DNA of 64,000 bases, taken from NCBI GenBank assembly GCA_945875925.1, contig CAMCME010000002.1, positions 1,119 through 65,118 on the forward strand, in the 5' to 3' direction. A program made the position numbers and the translations under genes. Origin of the DNA: Rickettsia typhi (GTDB lineage: Bacteria > Pseudomonadota > Alphaproteobacteria > Rickettsiales > UBA1997). Positions 55,016-63,415 of this stretch are shown here, one piece after another (position 1 is the first letter of the stretch; each line of letters opens with the position of its first letter). The notes below the pieces were generated by a model. That model saw nothing but the letters and a program-made list of their open reading frames with translations. It had not been told where the DNA came from and ran no database searches.

Positions 55016-55912
55016 CTATTTAGTGCGACCAATCACAAACTCGGCTAGGCGTTCTAACAAAACAGCTTTGCCGCCAAAAATATCTAAGTGAGCCACGGCT
55101 TGTTCTTTAAGCAGGGCTAATTGTTTAACAGCACTTTCCATGCCAATCACATCCACAACGCTGGCATTTTCTGTAGGTTTTTTATGAATTTGTTCATCAA
55201 TATTAATCTTAGCAAAATCAAGGCCGTGATGGTCTAAAATGTCATCTTTAATTTGAAAAGCTAAACCAAGGTCATGAGCGTAATAACGCAAAGCTTTTCT
55301 TTCTTCAACTGAAGCGCGACCAAGAAACGCCCCCATTTCGCAAGCTGCCATAAATAATTCGCCAGTTTTTAAACGATGTAATTTGGCTAATTTTTCTTTA
55401 GAAATTTTTTGATTGGCAGTTTCTAAATCCATCATTTGTCCACCAGCCATGCCTTTAAATCCGGCGGCTGAGGCAGCAACTTTAATTAATTCGCATCTAA
55501 CGAAAGCATCGGCGTGAGTTTCTGGTTCAGCAAGAATTTCAAAAGCGTAAGTTAATAAAGAATCGCCCGCTAAAATTGCAGTGGCTTCATTAAATTTTTT
55601 GTGACAAGTAGGCAGGCCGCGACGCATATCATCATTATCCATCGCTGGCAAATCATCATGAATTAAAGAATAAACATGGATGAATTCTAAAGCTGTGGCC
55701 GCGTTCAAAGAAGCCAAAGGCTGAACTCCTAGAATTTGTGCTGAAACAATAGTTAAAAAGGGGCGAATTCTTTTACCATCCGACATTGCGCTGTAACGCA
55801 TTGCTTCTACTAATTTTGTTTCATCAAAACTATCAGGAAGCAATTCATCCATTCTTTTTTGCACAAGAATTGAACAAGCCAGCAAAGCTTCGGTAATAGT
55901 TCTATCTAACAT
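55016..55912 (-). CDS. ispA: Farnesyl/geranyl diphosphate synthase (polyprenyl synthetase family)
   Basis: 298 aa with the first DDxxD-type motif LIHDDLPAMDNDDMRRG and the second FQIKDDILD. Confidence 0.9.
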   Translation of the reverse strand: MLDRTITEALLACSILVQKRMDELLPDSFDETKLVEAMRYSAMSDGKRIRPFLTIVSAQILGVQPLASLNAATALEFIHVYSLIHDDLPAMDNDDMRRGLPTCHKKFNEATAILAGDSLLTYAFEILAEPETHADAFVRCELIKVAASAAGFKGMAGGQMMDLETANQKISKEKLAKLHRLKTGELFMAACEMGAFLGRASVEERKALRYYAHDLGLAFQIKDDILDHHGLDFAKINIDEQIHKKPTENASVVDVIGMESAVKQLALLKEQAVAHLDIFGGKAVLLERLAEFVIGRTK

Positions 55913-55914
55913 AA

Positions 55915-58776
55915 TTAACCATTTAATGTTTTTGCTAAGAAACTTCCTGTCACAGATTTTTTATTTTTTATAATTTGTTCTGGAGTGCCTTCGGCCACAA
56001 TATATCCGCCTTTTTCACCACCATGAGGTCCAACATCGATAATCCAATCGGCGGTTTTCAAAACATCTAAATTATGTTCGATCACTAAAATTGAATTTCC
56101 AGTTTCAACCAATTTATGTAAAACTTTTAGAAGTTTGCTGATGTCTTCAAAATGCAAACCAGTTGTAGGTTCGTCCAAGATATAAAGCGTGTCTCCAGTT
56201 GCTTTACGGCTTAATTCTTTAGCTAGTTTAATGCGCTGTGCTTCACCACCAGAAAGTGTTGTGGCGCTTTGACCAATTTTCATATAGCCCAAACCCACAT
56301 CGCATAAAGCTTTAAACTTGTCATAAATGTGCGACATGCTTGAGAAGAACGCAGCAGCATCTTCCGCAGTCATTTCCAAAACATCAGAAATAGATTTGTC
56401 TTTATATTTCACTTCCAAAGTTTCGCGATTATAGCGTTTGCCATGACAAGTTTCGCATTTCACATAAACATCGGGCAAGAAATGCATTTCGATTTTAATC
56501 AAACCATCGCCTTGGCAAGTTTCGCATCTTCCACCTTTCACATTGAAAGAGAAGCGGCCAACTTTGTAACCGCGAGCTTTTGACTCAGGAAGCGCGGTAT
56601 AAAATTCACGAATGAAAGTGAAAGCGCCGATATAAGTACAAGGATTTGATCTTGGAGTTCTACCAATTGCTGATTGATCAATCTCAATAATTTTATCAAT
56701 TAAATGAGAGCCAGAAATTGATTCATAAGGCCCTGGAGTAACTTTGGCTTTATTAACAATTTTATCCAAAGCGCGATAAAGAGTTTTAATGATCAAACTT
56801 GATTTTCCGCCACCAGAAATTCCGGACACGGCAGCGAAAACTTTTAATGGTAAATTCAGAGTAACATTTTTCAGGTTATTGGCTGTTGCACCTTTCAAAA
56901 CAATCATCTTTTTTGGATCAAGCTTGCGGCGAGTTTTTGGAATTTCTATTTGTTTTTTGCCGCTTAAATATTGTCCAGTGATACTTGCTGGATTGTTAAT
57001 TACATCATTTGGTAAACCTTCAGCAATAATGCTGCCTCCGTGAACCCCCGCACCCAAACCCACATCGATTAGATAATCTGCTTCACGCATCATTTCTTCA
57101 TCATGTTCAACCACGATTACAGAATTTCCTAAATCGCGAAGATTTTTTAGCGTGGCGATTAGCTTGTTATTATCAGATTGATGCAGCCCAATTGAAGGCT
57201 CGTCTAACACATAAAGAACGCCAGAAAGGCCCGAACCAATTTGTGAGGCAAGGCGAATTCTTTGTGCTTCACCACCAGACAAAGTTCCAGATTCGCGATT
57301 CACGGTTAAATATTCCAAACCAACATTTTTCAAAAAACCTAAGCGGCGACAAATTTCTTTCAGCACGCGTTCAGCAATTTTTTGATGAGTTGGATTAAGT
57401 TTTGAGTTAAGTTCTTCAAACCATTCATTGGCTCTTTCAACCGACATGGCACTAACTTCGCCAATGTGAAGACCAGCGATTTTGATCGATAAAGATTGTT
57501 CGTTTAAGCGATGACCATTACAAGTTTCGCAAGTTTTAAGAGTTTGGAATTTTACTAATTCTTCTCTCATCCACTCACTTTCACTGTCAGAAAATTTCTT
57601 TTTTAAACCGTTAATAATGCCGTCAAAAGGCTTCTTAACTTTGAAAGATTTAAGTCCGTCTTCATATTTAATTTCTACTTCTTCTTCGCCAGTTCCGTAG
57701 AAAATTTTATCTTTAATTTCGCGAGTCAAAGTTTTGAAAGGAACATCTAAACTGAATTTGTATTTTTCAGATAAAGCCTGTAAAACTTGTTGATAGAAGC
57801 GGGCTTGCACACCTTGCCAAACTGCAACTGCACCTTGACGCAGAGAAAGATTTTCATCTTCAATCAGCAAATCTTCGTTAAAATAAAATTCAGTTCCAAG
57901 ACCATCGCAAGATTTACATGCGCCGTATGGGCTGTTGAAAGAGAAGATGCGAGGCTCGATTTCAGAAATTGTAAAACCAGAAATTGGGCAAGAAAATTTT
58001 TGGCTAAATATTAGAATTTCACCTTCTTTGAATTTACTTTTTTTGTCAGGAAGACCGACAATTTCTACTAAAAGTAATCCTCCAGAAATTTTCAAAGCGG
58101 TTTCAACCGAGTCAGCTAAACGGTTGCCAAGATCTTGAGAAACAACGATACGATCAATTACAATCTCAATATCATGTTTTTTATTCTTATCTAAAACTGG
58201 CAGAATTTCGTTAAGATCATGAATTTCTCCGTCAACTTTAATGCGTTGAAAGCCTTGCTTTCTAGCGCTCATCATTTCTTTGCGATATTCACCTTTTTGG
58301 CCGCGAACAATTGGCGCTAGCAAATAAATTTTAGCTTTATTTGGAAGTTCCAAGATTTTTTCCACCATTAAAGATGAAGATTGGCTTTCAATTGCTTTGC
58401 CAGTAGCAGGAGAAAATGGCACTCCGATGCGCGCAAAAAGCAGGCGGAAGTGATCATAAATTTCGGTAACTGTACCAACTGTCGATCTAGGATTTCTAGA
58501 AGTGGTTTTTTGATCAATAGCAATTGAAGGAGAAAGACCTGTGATTGATTCAACATCTGGCTTGTCTTGTAGATCAAGAAATTGACGAGCGTAAGAAGAC
58601 AGACTTTCGATAAAACGGCGTTGTCCTTCGGCATAAATTGTATCGAAAACCAAAGAAGATTTGCCCGAACCACTGAGGCCCGTAACTACAACTAACTGGT
58701 TTTTAGGAATTTCGATACTGACATTTTTTAAATTATGCTCTTTTGCACCAACAACTTTGATGAATTTTTCTTCCAT
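55915..58776 (-). CDS. uvrA: Excinuclease ABC subunit A
   Basis: 953 aa with two ABC modules (GLSGSGKSS; GISGGGKSS; LSGGEAQRI twice) and zinc-finger CxxC pairs. Confidence 0.96.
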   Translation of the reverse strand: MEEKFIKVVGAKEHNLKNVSIEIPKNQLVVVTGLSGSGKSSLVFDTIYAEGQRRFIESLSSYARQFLDLQDKPDVESITGLSPSIAIDQKTTSRNPRSTVGTVTEIYDHFRLLFARIGVPFSPATGKAIESQSSSLMVEKILELPNKAKIYLLAPIVRGQKGEYRKEMMSARKQGFQRIKVDGEIHDLNEILPVLDKNKKHDIEIVIDRIVVSQDLGNRLADSVETALKISGGLLLVEIVGLPDKKSKFKEGEILIFSQKFSCPISGFTISEIEPRIFSFNSPYGACKSCDGLGTEFYFNEDLLIEDENLSLRQGAVAVWQGVQARFYQQVLQALSEKYKFSLDVPFKTLTREIKDKIFYGTGEEEVEIKYEDGLKSFKVKKPFDGIINGLKKKFSDSESEWMREELVKFQTLKTCETCNGHRLNEQSLSIKIAGLHIGEVSAMSVERANEWFEELNSKLNPTHQKIAERVLKEICRRLGFLKNVGLEYLTVNRESGTLSGGEAQRIRLASQIGSGLSGVLYVLDEPSIGLHQSDNNKLIATLKNLRDLGNSVIVVEHDEEMMREADYLIDVGLGAGVHGGSIIAEGLPNDVINNPASITGQYLSGKKQIEIPKTRRKLDPKKMIVLKGATANNLKNVTLNLPLKVFAAVSGISGGGKSSLIIKTLYRALDKIVNKAKVTPGPYESISGSHLIDKIIEIDQSAIGRTPRSNPCTYIGAFTFIREFYTALPESKARGYKVGRFSFNVKGGRCETCQGDGLIKIEMHFLPDVYVKCETCHGKRYNRETLEVKYKDKSISDVLEMTAEDAAAFFSSMSHIYDKFKALCDVGLGYMKIGQSATTLSGGEAQRIKLAKELSRKATGDTLYILDEPTTGLHFEDISKLLKVLHKLVETGNSILVIEHNLDVLKTADWIIDVGPHGGEKGGYIVAEGTPEQIIKNKKSVTGSFLAKTLNG

Positions 58777-58908
58777 GGTTTTACTTAATTTCGGAGTTTT
58801 TTGAATTTTTGCAAAGCGGGCAAATCTAGGAGACTGAGGCTTAATTGCAAGTGGAGATGGCTGGGTAATTTGGGGTATTTTTCCTGATGCTGTTATTCTT
58901 ATCTTGTT

Positions 58909-59140
58909 GTCATTAACTCCGAATCGGGAATCTAGAAGTTAAGATATTATGGCACTGTCGTAAATCAACTTTTTCGTCGAATTTTTCGCAATTCAAAATT
59001 TTTTGGAACGCACGTACATCTAGGTAAGCTTACCTTCCAAAAAATTTTGAATCACAAAAACTTCTTAGAAAAACTTGATTTGCGACAGTGCCATTATTCG
59101 TTGCAAAATCGCACTAGATTTACTCTTTCGTGGGAATGGA
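58909..59140. repeat. Degenerate, reverse-oriented family-B element with a 146-bp palindrome nested in its centre
   Basis: Outer arms GTCATTAACTCCGAATCGGGAATCTAGAAG / CGCACTAGATTTACTCTTTCGTGGGAATGG align to the family-B arms with roughly 30% divergence. The inner 60-bp arms 58949-59008 and 59035-59094 show 8 mismatches over 60 positions around a GGTAAGCTTACC-containing loop. Confidence 0.7.
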
Positions 59141-59180
59141 AAGTAGATAGATGCCTAATTTTATTGGGCAAAAGCCAATT

Positions 59181-59196
59181 TTATCCATGTGGATAA
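59181..59196. promoter_or_regulatory. Palindromic DnaA-box pair (contains a perfect TTATCCACA on the minus strand)
   Basis: TTATCCATGTGGATAA. Positions 59188-59196 are TGTGGATAA, the exact consensus complement. Function unknown. Confidence 0.4.
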
Positions 59197-59220
59197 AATT
59201 CAAATTGTTACTTCTGCACC

Positions 59221-59259
59221 AAAAAATAAAAAACCCGCCACAGAAATTTCTGTGACGGG
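59221..59259 (-). terminator. Rho-independent terminator, minus strand, about 250 nt downstream of pstS
   Basis: CCCGUCACAG-AAAUUU-CUGUGGCGGG (the single non-Watson-Crick position is G-U only on the minus-strand RNA), followed by UUUUUUAUUUUUU. Confidence 0.75.
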
Positions 59260-59511
59260 CCTTCGCCAAATTAGAAATCTGGCTTGTGTAAGAAGCTATC
59301 GCTTGGATAAACTCCTCATCTTTTCAAGAGAAAAGAGCAATTACGCTATCTTAGGTCAATGAAGAAACTACAGATAGGGTAACCAATACAATTAGAGGTA
59401 TAAAAACCATGATTAGTTACGATAGTGAGTAGTTATTAAGACAAGAAATTTATCACAAAACCAGCTTTTAGAAACTGGCTAAGCAACGACTTCTAAATAA
59501 ATGACTGTTTG

Positions 59512-60576
59512 TTATAACAAACTAGCAGTCACCTCATTCCGGACTTTTTTCAATTCAGAATCAGTCAGTGGAATAAGTCCTTTTTGCAGCAAATAGCCAT
59601 CTGGCCCAATTGTATCTTTGCTGATAATTTCTTTTGCAAATTCACGCATTTGCGGAATTAAATCTAAATGTTCTTTCTTGAAATAAATGAAAAGAGGACG
59701 CGAAACCGGATAAGCGCCAGAGACAATATTATTAAAGCTTGGAAGAGTGTTATTAATTAAAGCTGGTTGAATTACTTCGTGATTTTCTTCTAAGAAACTA
59801 AAGCCAAAAATTCCTAAAGCTTGGGCATCATTTTTTAATTTTTGTACAATCAAATTATCATTTTCTCCCGCTTCAATAAATTTGCCGTCACTTCTAATTA
59901 CGCTGCATTTTTTCTTTCTGATTTTGGCATCTGGATAAGCATCTTTAAATGCAGGCATTTTATCACAAGCATCTTGCATAACCAATTCTACAAAGGCATC
60001 GCGAGTTCCTGAAGTTGATGGTGGGCCGTAAATTGCAATATTAGTTTCTGGTAAATTAGCATCAATATCACTCCATTTTTGATAGCGATTTTCTACTAAT
60101 TTTCCGTTTTTCTGATCAGGAGTTTTTTCAGCTAGAGCCAAAAATATTTGTTCTTTAGTTAGGCTGTATTTCACGCCTTTGGTTGAATTGGCTAGCACAA
60201 TTCCGTCATAGCCGATTTTAATTTCGACAATTCCGGCCACGCCATTTTCATTACATTTTTTGATTTCGCTTTTTTCAATTCTTCGTGAAGCATCAGAAAA
60301 ATCTGGATAGTTGTAACCAACACCTGAGCAAAATAATTTAAATCCACCGCCAGTTCCAGTTGATTCAACGATGGGAGTTTTAGTTTTAGGTTTGTTACTA
60401 CGACCAAATTCTTCGGCAATTGCAGCAGTGAAAGGATAAACAGTAGAAGAGCCAACCACATTAATGTGATTGCGGGCAGCAACTTTAAAATCAAACGCTA
60501 GGGCTTGGTTGCCAAGGGAAAAAACTGAGATAAGAGAAATTACAATTCGCAACATAACCGCAAAATTATTTATCAT
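59512..60576 (-). CDS. pstS: Phosphate ABC transporter substrate-binding protein (PstS family)
   Basis: 354 aa with a signal peptide and the VVGSSTVYPF, ESTGTGGGFK and GTRD motifs of the PBP-like-2 phosphate binders. No pstCAB genes are adjacent. Confidence 0.82.
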   Translation of the reverse strand: MINNFAVMLRIVISLISVFSLGNQALAFDFKVAARNHINVVGSSTVYPFTAAIAEEFGRSNKPKTKTPIVESTGTGGGFKLFCSGVGYNYPDFSDASRRIEKSEIKKCNENGVAGIVEIKIGYDGIVLANSTKGVKYSLTKEQIFLALAEKTPDQKNGKLVENRYQKWSDIDANLPETNIAIYGPPSTSGTRDAFVELVMQDACDKMPAFKDAYPDAKIRKKKCSVIRSDGKFIEAGENDNLIVQKLKNDAQALGIFGFSFLEENHEVIQPALINNTLPSFNNIVSGAYPVSRPLFIYFKKEHLDLIPQMREFAKEIISKDTIGPDGYLLQKGLIPLTDSELKKVRNEVTASLL

Positions 60577-60726
60577 TAACTAGCAAAATTGAGAGACTCA
60601 AAAACTAGGCGGATACATCGCCATCAGGGCTGAACTTTCGCGCATCATTCAGATTGATCTCTAAAAGTCAACCCACTTAATTAACTACTATAATTAACCA
60701 CTAAAGTCTTATCCAATCTTCATCCC

Positions 60727-60837
60727 CTCTTTCTCGATGTCATCCCCGCGAAAGCGGGGATCCAGTGCGATTTTTAAACAATTTGGAAACTCACTTCTGG
60801 ATCCCCGCTTTCGCGGGGATGACATCGAGAAAGAAAG
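60727..60837. repeat. Palindromic element, family B
   Basis: CTCTTTCTCGATGTCATCCCCGCGAAAGCGGGGATCCAGTGCGA..TCTGGATCCCCGCTTTCGCGGGGATGACATCGAGAAAGAAAG, between the divergent pstS and bamA. Confidence 0.92.
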
Positions 60838-60953
60838 ACGATTTTGTGTGTGATTATTTCTTTAGATTAAAAAATTGTAGAGTTGAAAATCAAAAACCCG
60901 TCAATATTGTGCAATCTTTTCTTTCCTACCAAAGCCACGCTTATCTAATTTAA

Positions 60954-63302
60954 ATGCGAATAAAAGCAGTCACAAATAGTCATTTTCTTGCTCTGTTTTT
61001 GTTGTGCCTCTTTTTTAATTCTGCTGTTTTTGCCAAAGCTGCCAAACGCCATGTTAAAACTGCTCCAGAAAAAATTACCATTACTGTTAAAGGCAATGAA
61101 AGGGTTGATAATGACAGTGTAGCCTCTTATTTGGCTGTTAGTGACGGCAAGAAATTCTCTCAAAAAAACATAGATGAATCTCTTAAAAAACTTTATGAAT
61201 CGGACCTGTTTTCAGAAGTAAAAATTTATGAAGAAGATGCTAGTGGCAAAAATCTGATCATCGAAGTTAAAGAAAATCCTGTAATCAGCGATATTAAATT
61301 TGTTGGAAATAAAAAGATTGAAGATGACGCTTTGCAAAGTGAAATCAGTTTGAAAAAGCGCTCGGTTTTCACTAAATCTAAGCTGCAATCTGACTTAAAA
61401 AGAGTTAATGAAATCTATCTCAAATCGGGTCGTTTCTTAACTAAAATCGAGCCGAAAATTATTCAAAAAGATCAAAATAGAATTGAATTAATTTTTGAGA
61501 TTTTTGAGGGCCAAAAAGCTAAAATTTCGGATATTTATTTTGTGGGAAATCAGGCTTTTTCTACACAAGATTTATTCGATGAAATTTCTACCAAAAAATC
61601 TAAATGGTATAAATTTTTCTCCTCTTCTGACACTTACGATTCTGATCGCGTAGAATTTGATAAAGAAAAATTACGCCGATTTTACGGCTCTAAAGGTTAC
61701 GCCGATTTCAGCACCATCTCTTCCATTGCCCAAATTTCTCCTAATAAAGAAAAATTCTTCATCACATTTTTAATTGAAGAAGGCATTAAATATAATCTAG
61801 GCGAAATAAATATTATCAATCATGTAGCCAAGTTTGATGCTTCAATTTTAGAGAAAGAAATTCTGATCAAAAAAGGCAAAGTTTATAACTCTGATTTGAT
61901 CGATAAAACAGTTGATAGAATGGTGGAAGTGATGTCACAAAAATCTTACGCTTTCGCTCATATCGAGCCAGTTTTGAAGAGAAATAAAGAAGACAAAATC
62001 ATTGATGTTGACTTCGTGATTAACGAAACGCCGCAAATTTATATTGAGCAAATTGTGATCACGGGAAATACCAGAACCATCGATGAAGTGATTAGAAGAG
62101 AGTTAAGATTTCGGGAGGGCGATCCTTATAACATAACTAAAATTAACCGTTCGAAACAAAGAATTCAAAATTTGGGTTTCTTCGAAAAAGTAGAATTTAA
62201 AACTAAAAGAATTGCCACCGCTGGCATTGATTCGGATAAAGTGATTTTGGAAATTGAAGTAAAAGAAAAAAAGACGGGAGAATTAAATTTGGGTATTGGC
62301 TATTCTACAGTTGATCGAGCCACCGCCAATATTGGTATTAAAGAGCGAAATCTTTTTGGTACGGGGCGCGAAGTTGGAATTAATGTGCAAAAATCATCTC
62401 TAAGATTTACTACCGAACTAAGCTATACCAAGCCTTATTTTATGGGTCGCGCCATTGATGTGGGTTTTGATATTTCCAAATATCAATTAAATAAATTGGC
62501 TACTTTAGTTTATGATCAAAGCTCTGACGCCATAGTTTTTCGTGGCGATTATTCGATGACAGAATTTTTGAAACATCAAATTCGCTATTCCTATCGTGAT
62601 GAAACTGTTAGTAATATCAGCGACACCGCTTCACAAAATATCAAAAATCTGCAAGGTAATTTCACAACTTCTTTGGTTGGGCAAAGTTTCTTTTATGATA
62701 AAAGAGACAGCCGAATTGACCCAAAAGACGGCTATTATGTTTCGATTAGCCAAGATTATGCTGGAGCTGGCGGCACGGTTCACAATATGAAATATGAAGG
62801 CTCTGCTGGATATTATTTACCAACTTTCACCGAGGATTATGTTTTAAAATTCTTAGCTCGCGGCGGTGCAATTGATGGTATCGGCCAAGATGTGCGAAGT
62901 AACTTTGGTTTCTTTTTGGGTGGAAATACTTTCAGAGGTTTCCAATATGCAGGTTTAGGCCCGCGTACTCAAGCCACCAGCACAACTTCTGGCGGCGATG
63001 TAGTTGGTGGTAAATCTTATTATGTAGGAACGGCAGAATTTAGATTCCCGATGGGACTTCCAAAAGAACTCGGAATTAACGGTATTTTATTCAGTGATAA
63101 TGGTACTGTGAAGGGAGTCGATCAAATCAACAAAAATGGCGGCCCTGTTTCAGATACAGGCTCTCTAAGATCTTCTTATGGTTTAAGCATCTCATGGTCT
63201 TCGCCTTTAGGGCCAATCCGCCTAGACTTCTCACGCGTGGCCAAAAAAGAAGCCTTTGACCGCACACAAGCTTTCAGATTTAGTTTTGGCAGCAGCTTTT
63301 AA
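60954..63302 (+). CDS. bamA: Outer membrane protein assembly factor BamA
   Basis: 782 aa with a signal peptide, five POTRA-like units (I.I.GN.....), a C-terminal beta-barrel and a terminal FRFSFGSSF aromatic motif. Confidence 0.93.
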   Translation: MRIKAVTNSHFLALFLLCLFFNSAVFAKAAKRHVKTAPEKITITVKGNERVDNDSVASYLAVSDGKKFSQKNIDESLKKLYESDLFSEVKIYEEDASGKNLIIEVKENPVISDIKFVGNKKIEDDALQSEISLKKRSVFTKSKLQSDLKRVNEIYLKSGRFLTKIEPKIIQKDQNRIELIFEIFEGQKAKISDIYFVGNQAFSTQDLFDEISTKKSKWYKFFSSSDTYDSDRVEFDKEKLRRFYGSKGYADFSTISSIAQISPNKEKFFITFLIEEGIKYNLGEINIINHVAKFDASILEKEILIKKGKVYNSDLIDKTVDRMVEVMSQKSYAFAHIEPVLKRNKEDKIIDVDFVINETPQIYIEQIVITGNTRTIDEVIRRELRFREGDPYNITKINRSKQRIQNLGFFEKVEFKTKRIATAGIDSDKVILEIEVKEKKTGELNLGIGYSTVDRATANIGIKERNLFGTGREVGINVQKSSLRFTTELSYTKPYFMGRAIDVGFDISKYQLNKLATLVYDQSSDAIVFRGDYSMTEFLKHQIRYSYRDETVSNISDTASQNIKNLQGNFTTSLVGQSFFYDKRDSRIDPKDGYYVSISQDYAGAGGTVHNMKYEGSAGYYLPTFTEDYVLKFLARGGAIDGIGQDVRSNFGFFLGGNTFRGFQYAGLGPRTQATSTTSGGDVVGGKSYYVGTAEFRFPMGLPKELGINGILFSDNGTVKGVDQINKNGGPVSDTGSLRSSYGLSISWSSPLGPIRLDFSRVAKKEAFDRTQAFRFSFGSSF

Positions 63303-63415
63303 AACCTAAATTATTTTATTGATAAAGGGGAGCATTTTTAAGTTAAATGCATGTATTTCAAGGATAGCAAATAAAAATATGCTCAGAAAATTATTAATTA
63401 TGTATAATAAAGTTT

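Noticed and set aside
60765-60953. 62-aa ORF MRFLNNLETHFWIPAFAGMTSRKKDDF.., and similar short ORFs at 18968-19273, 35689-35898 and 35824-36072.
   Set aside because: They are translations of palindromic elements (families B, F and the inside-out pair) plus flanking spacer. They have no independent coding signal.
1904-62790. Many 60-110-aa ORFs in the supplied track lie antisense to, or out of frame within, large conserved genes. Examples: 1904-2167, 2422-2661, 7339-7566, 8018-8224, 9423-9695, 13923-14162, 16110-16367, 17840-18091, 27369-27695, 37425-38415, 50451-51168, 56789-58673, 62596-62790.
   Set aside because: Each is fully embedded in a longer ORF with clear family motifs on the other strand or frame. 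Their sequences are low-complexity and unconserved-looking, typical of shadow ORFs in AT-rich DNA.
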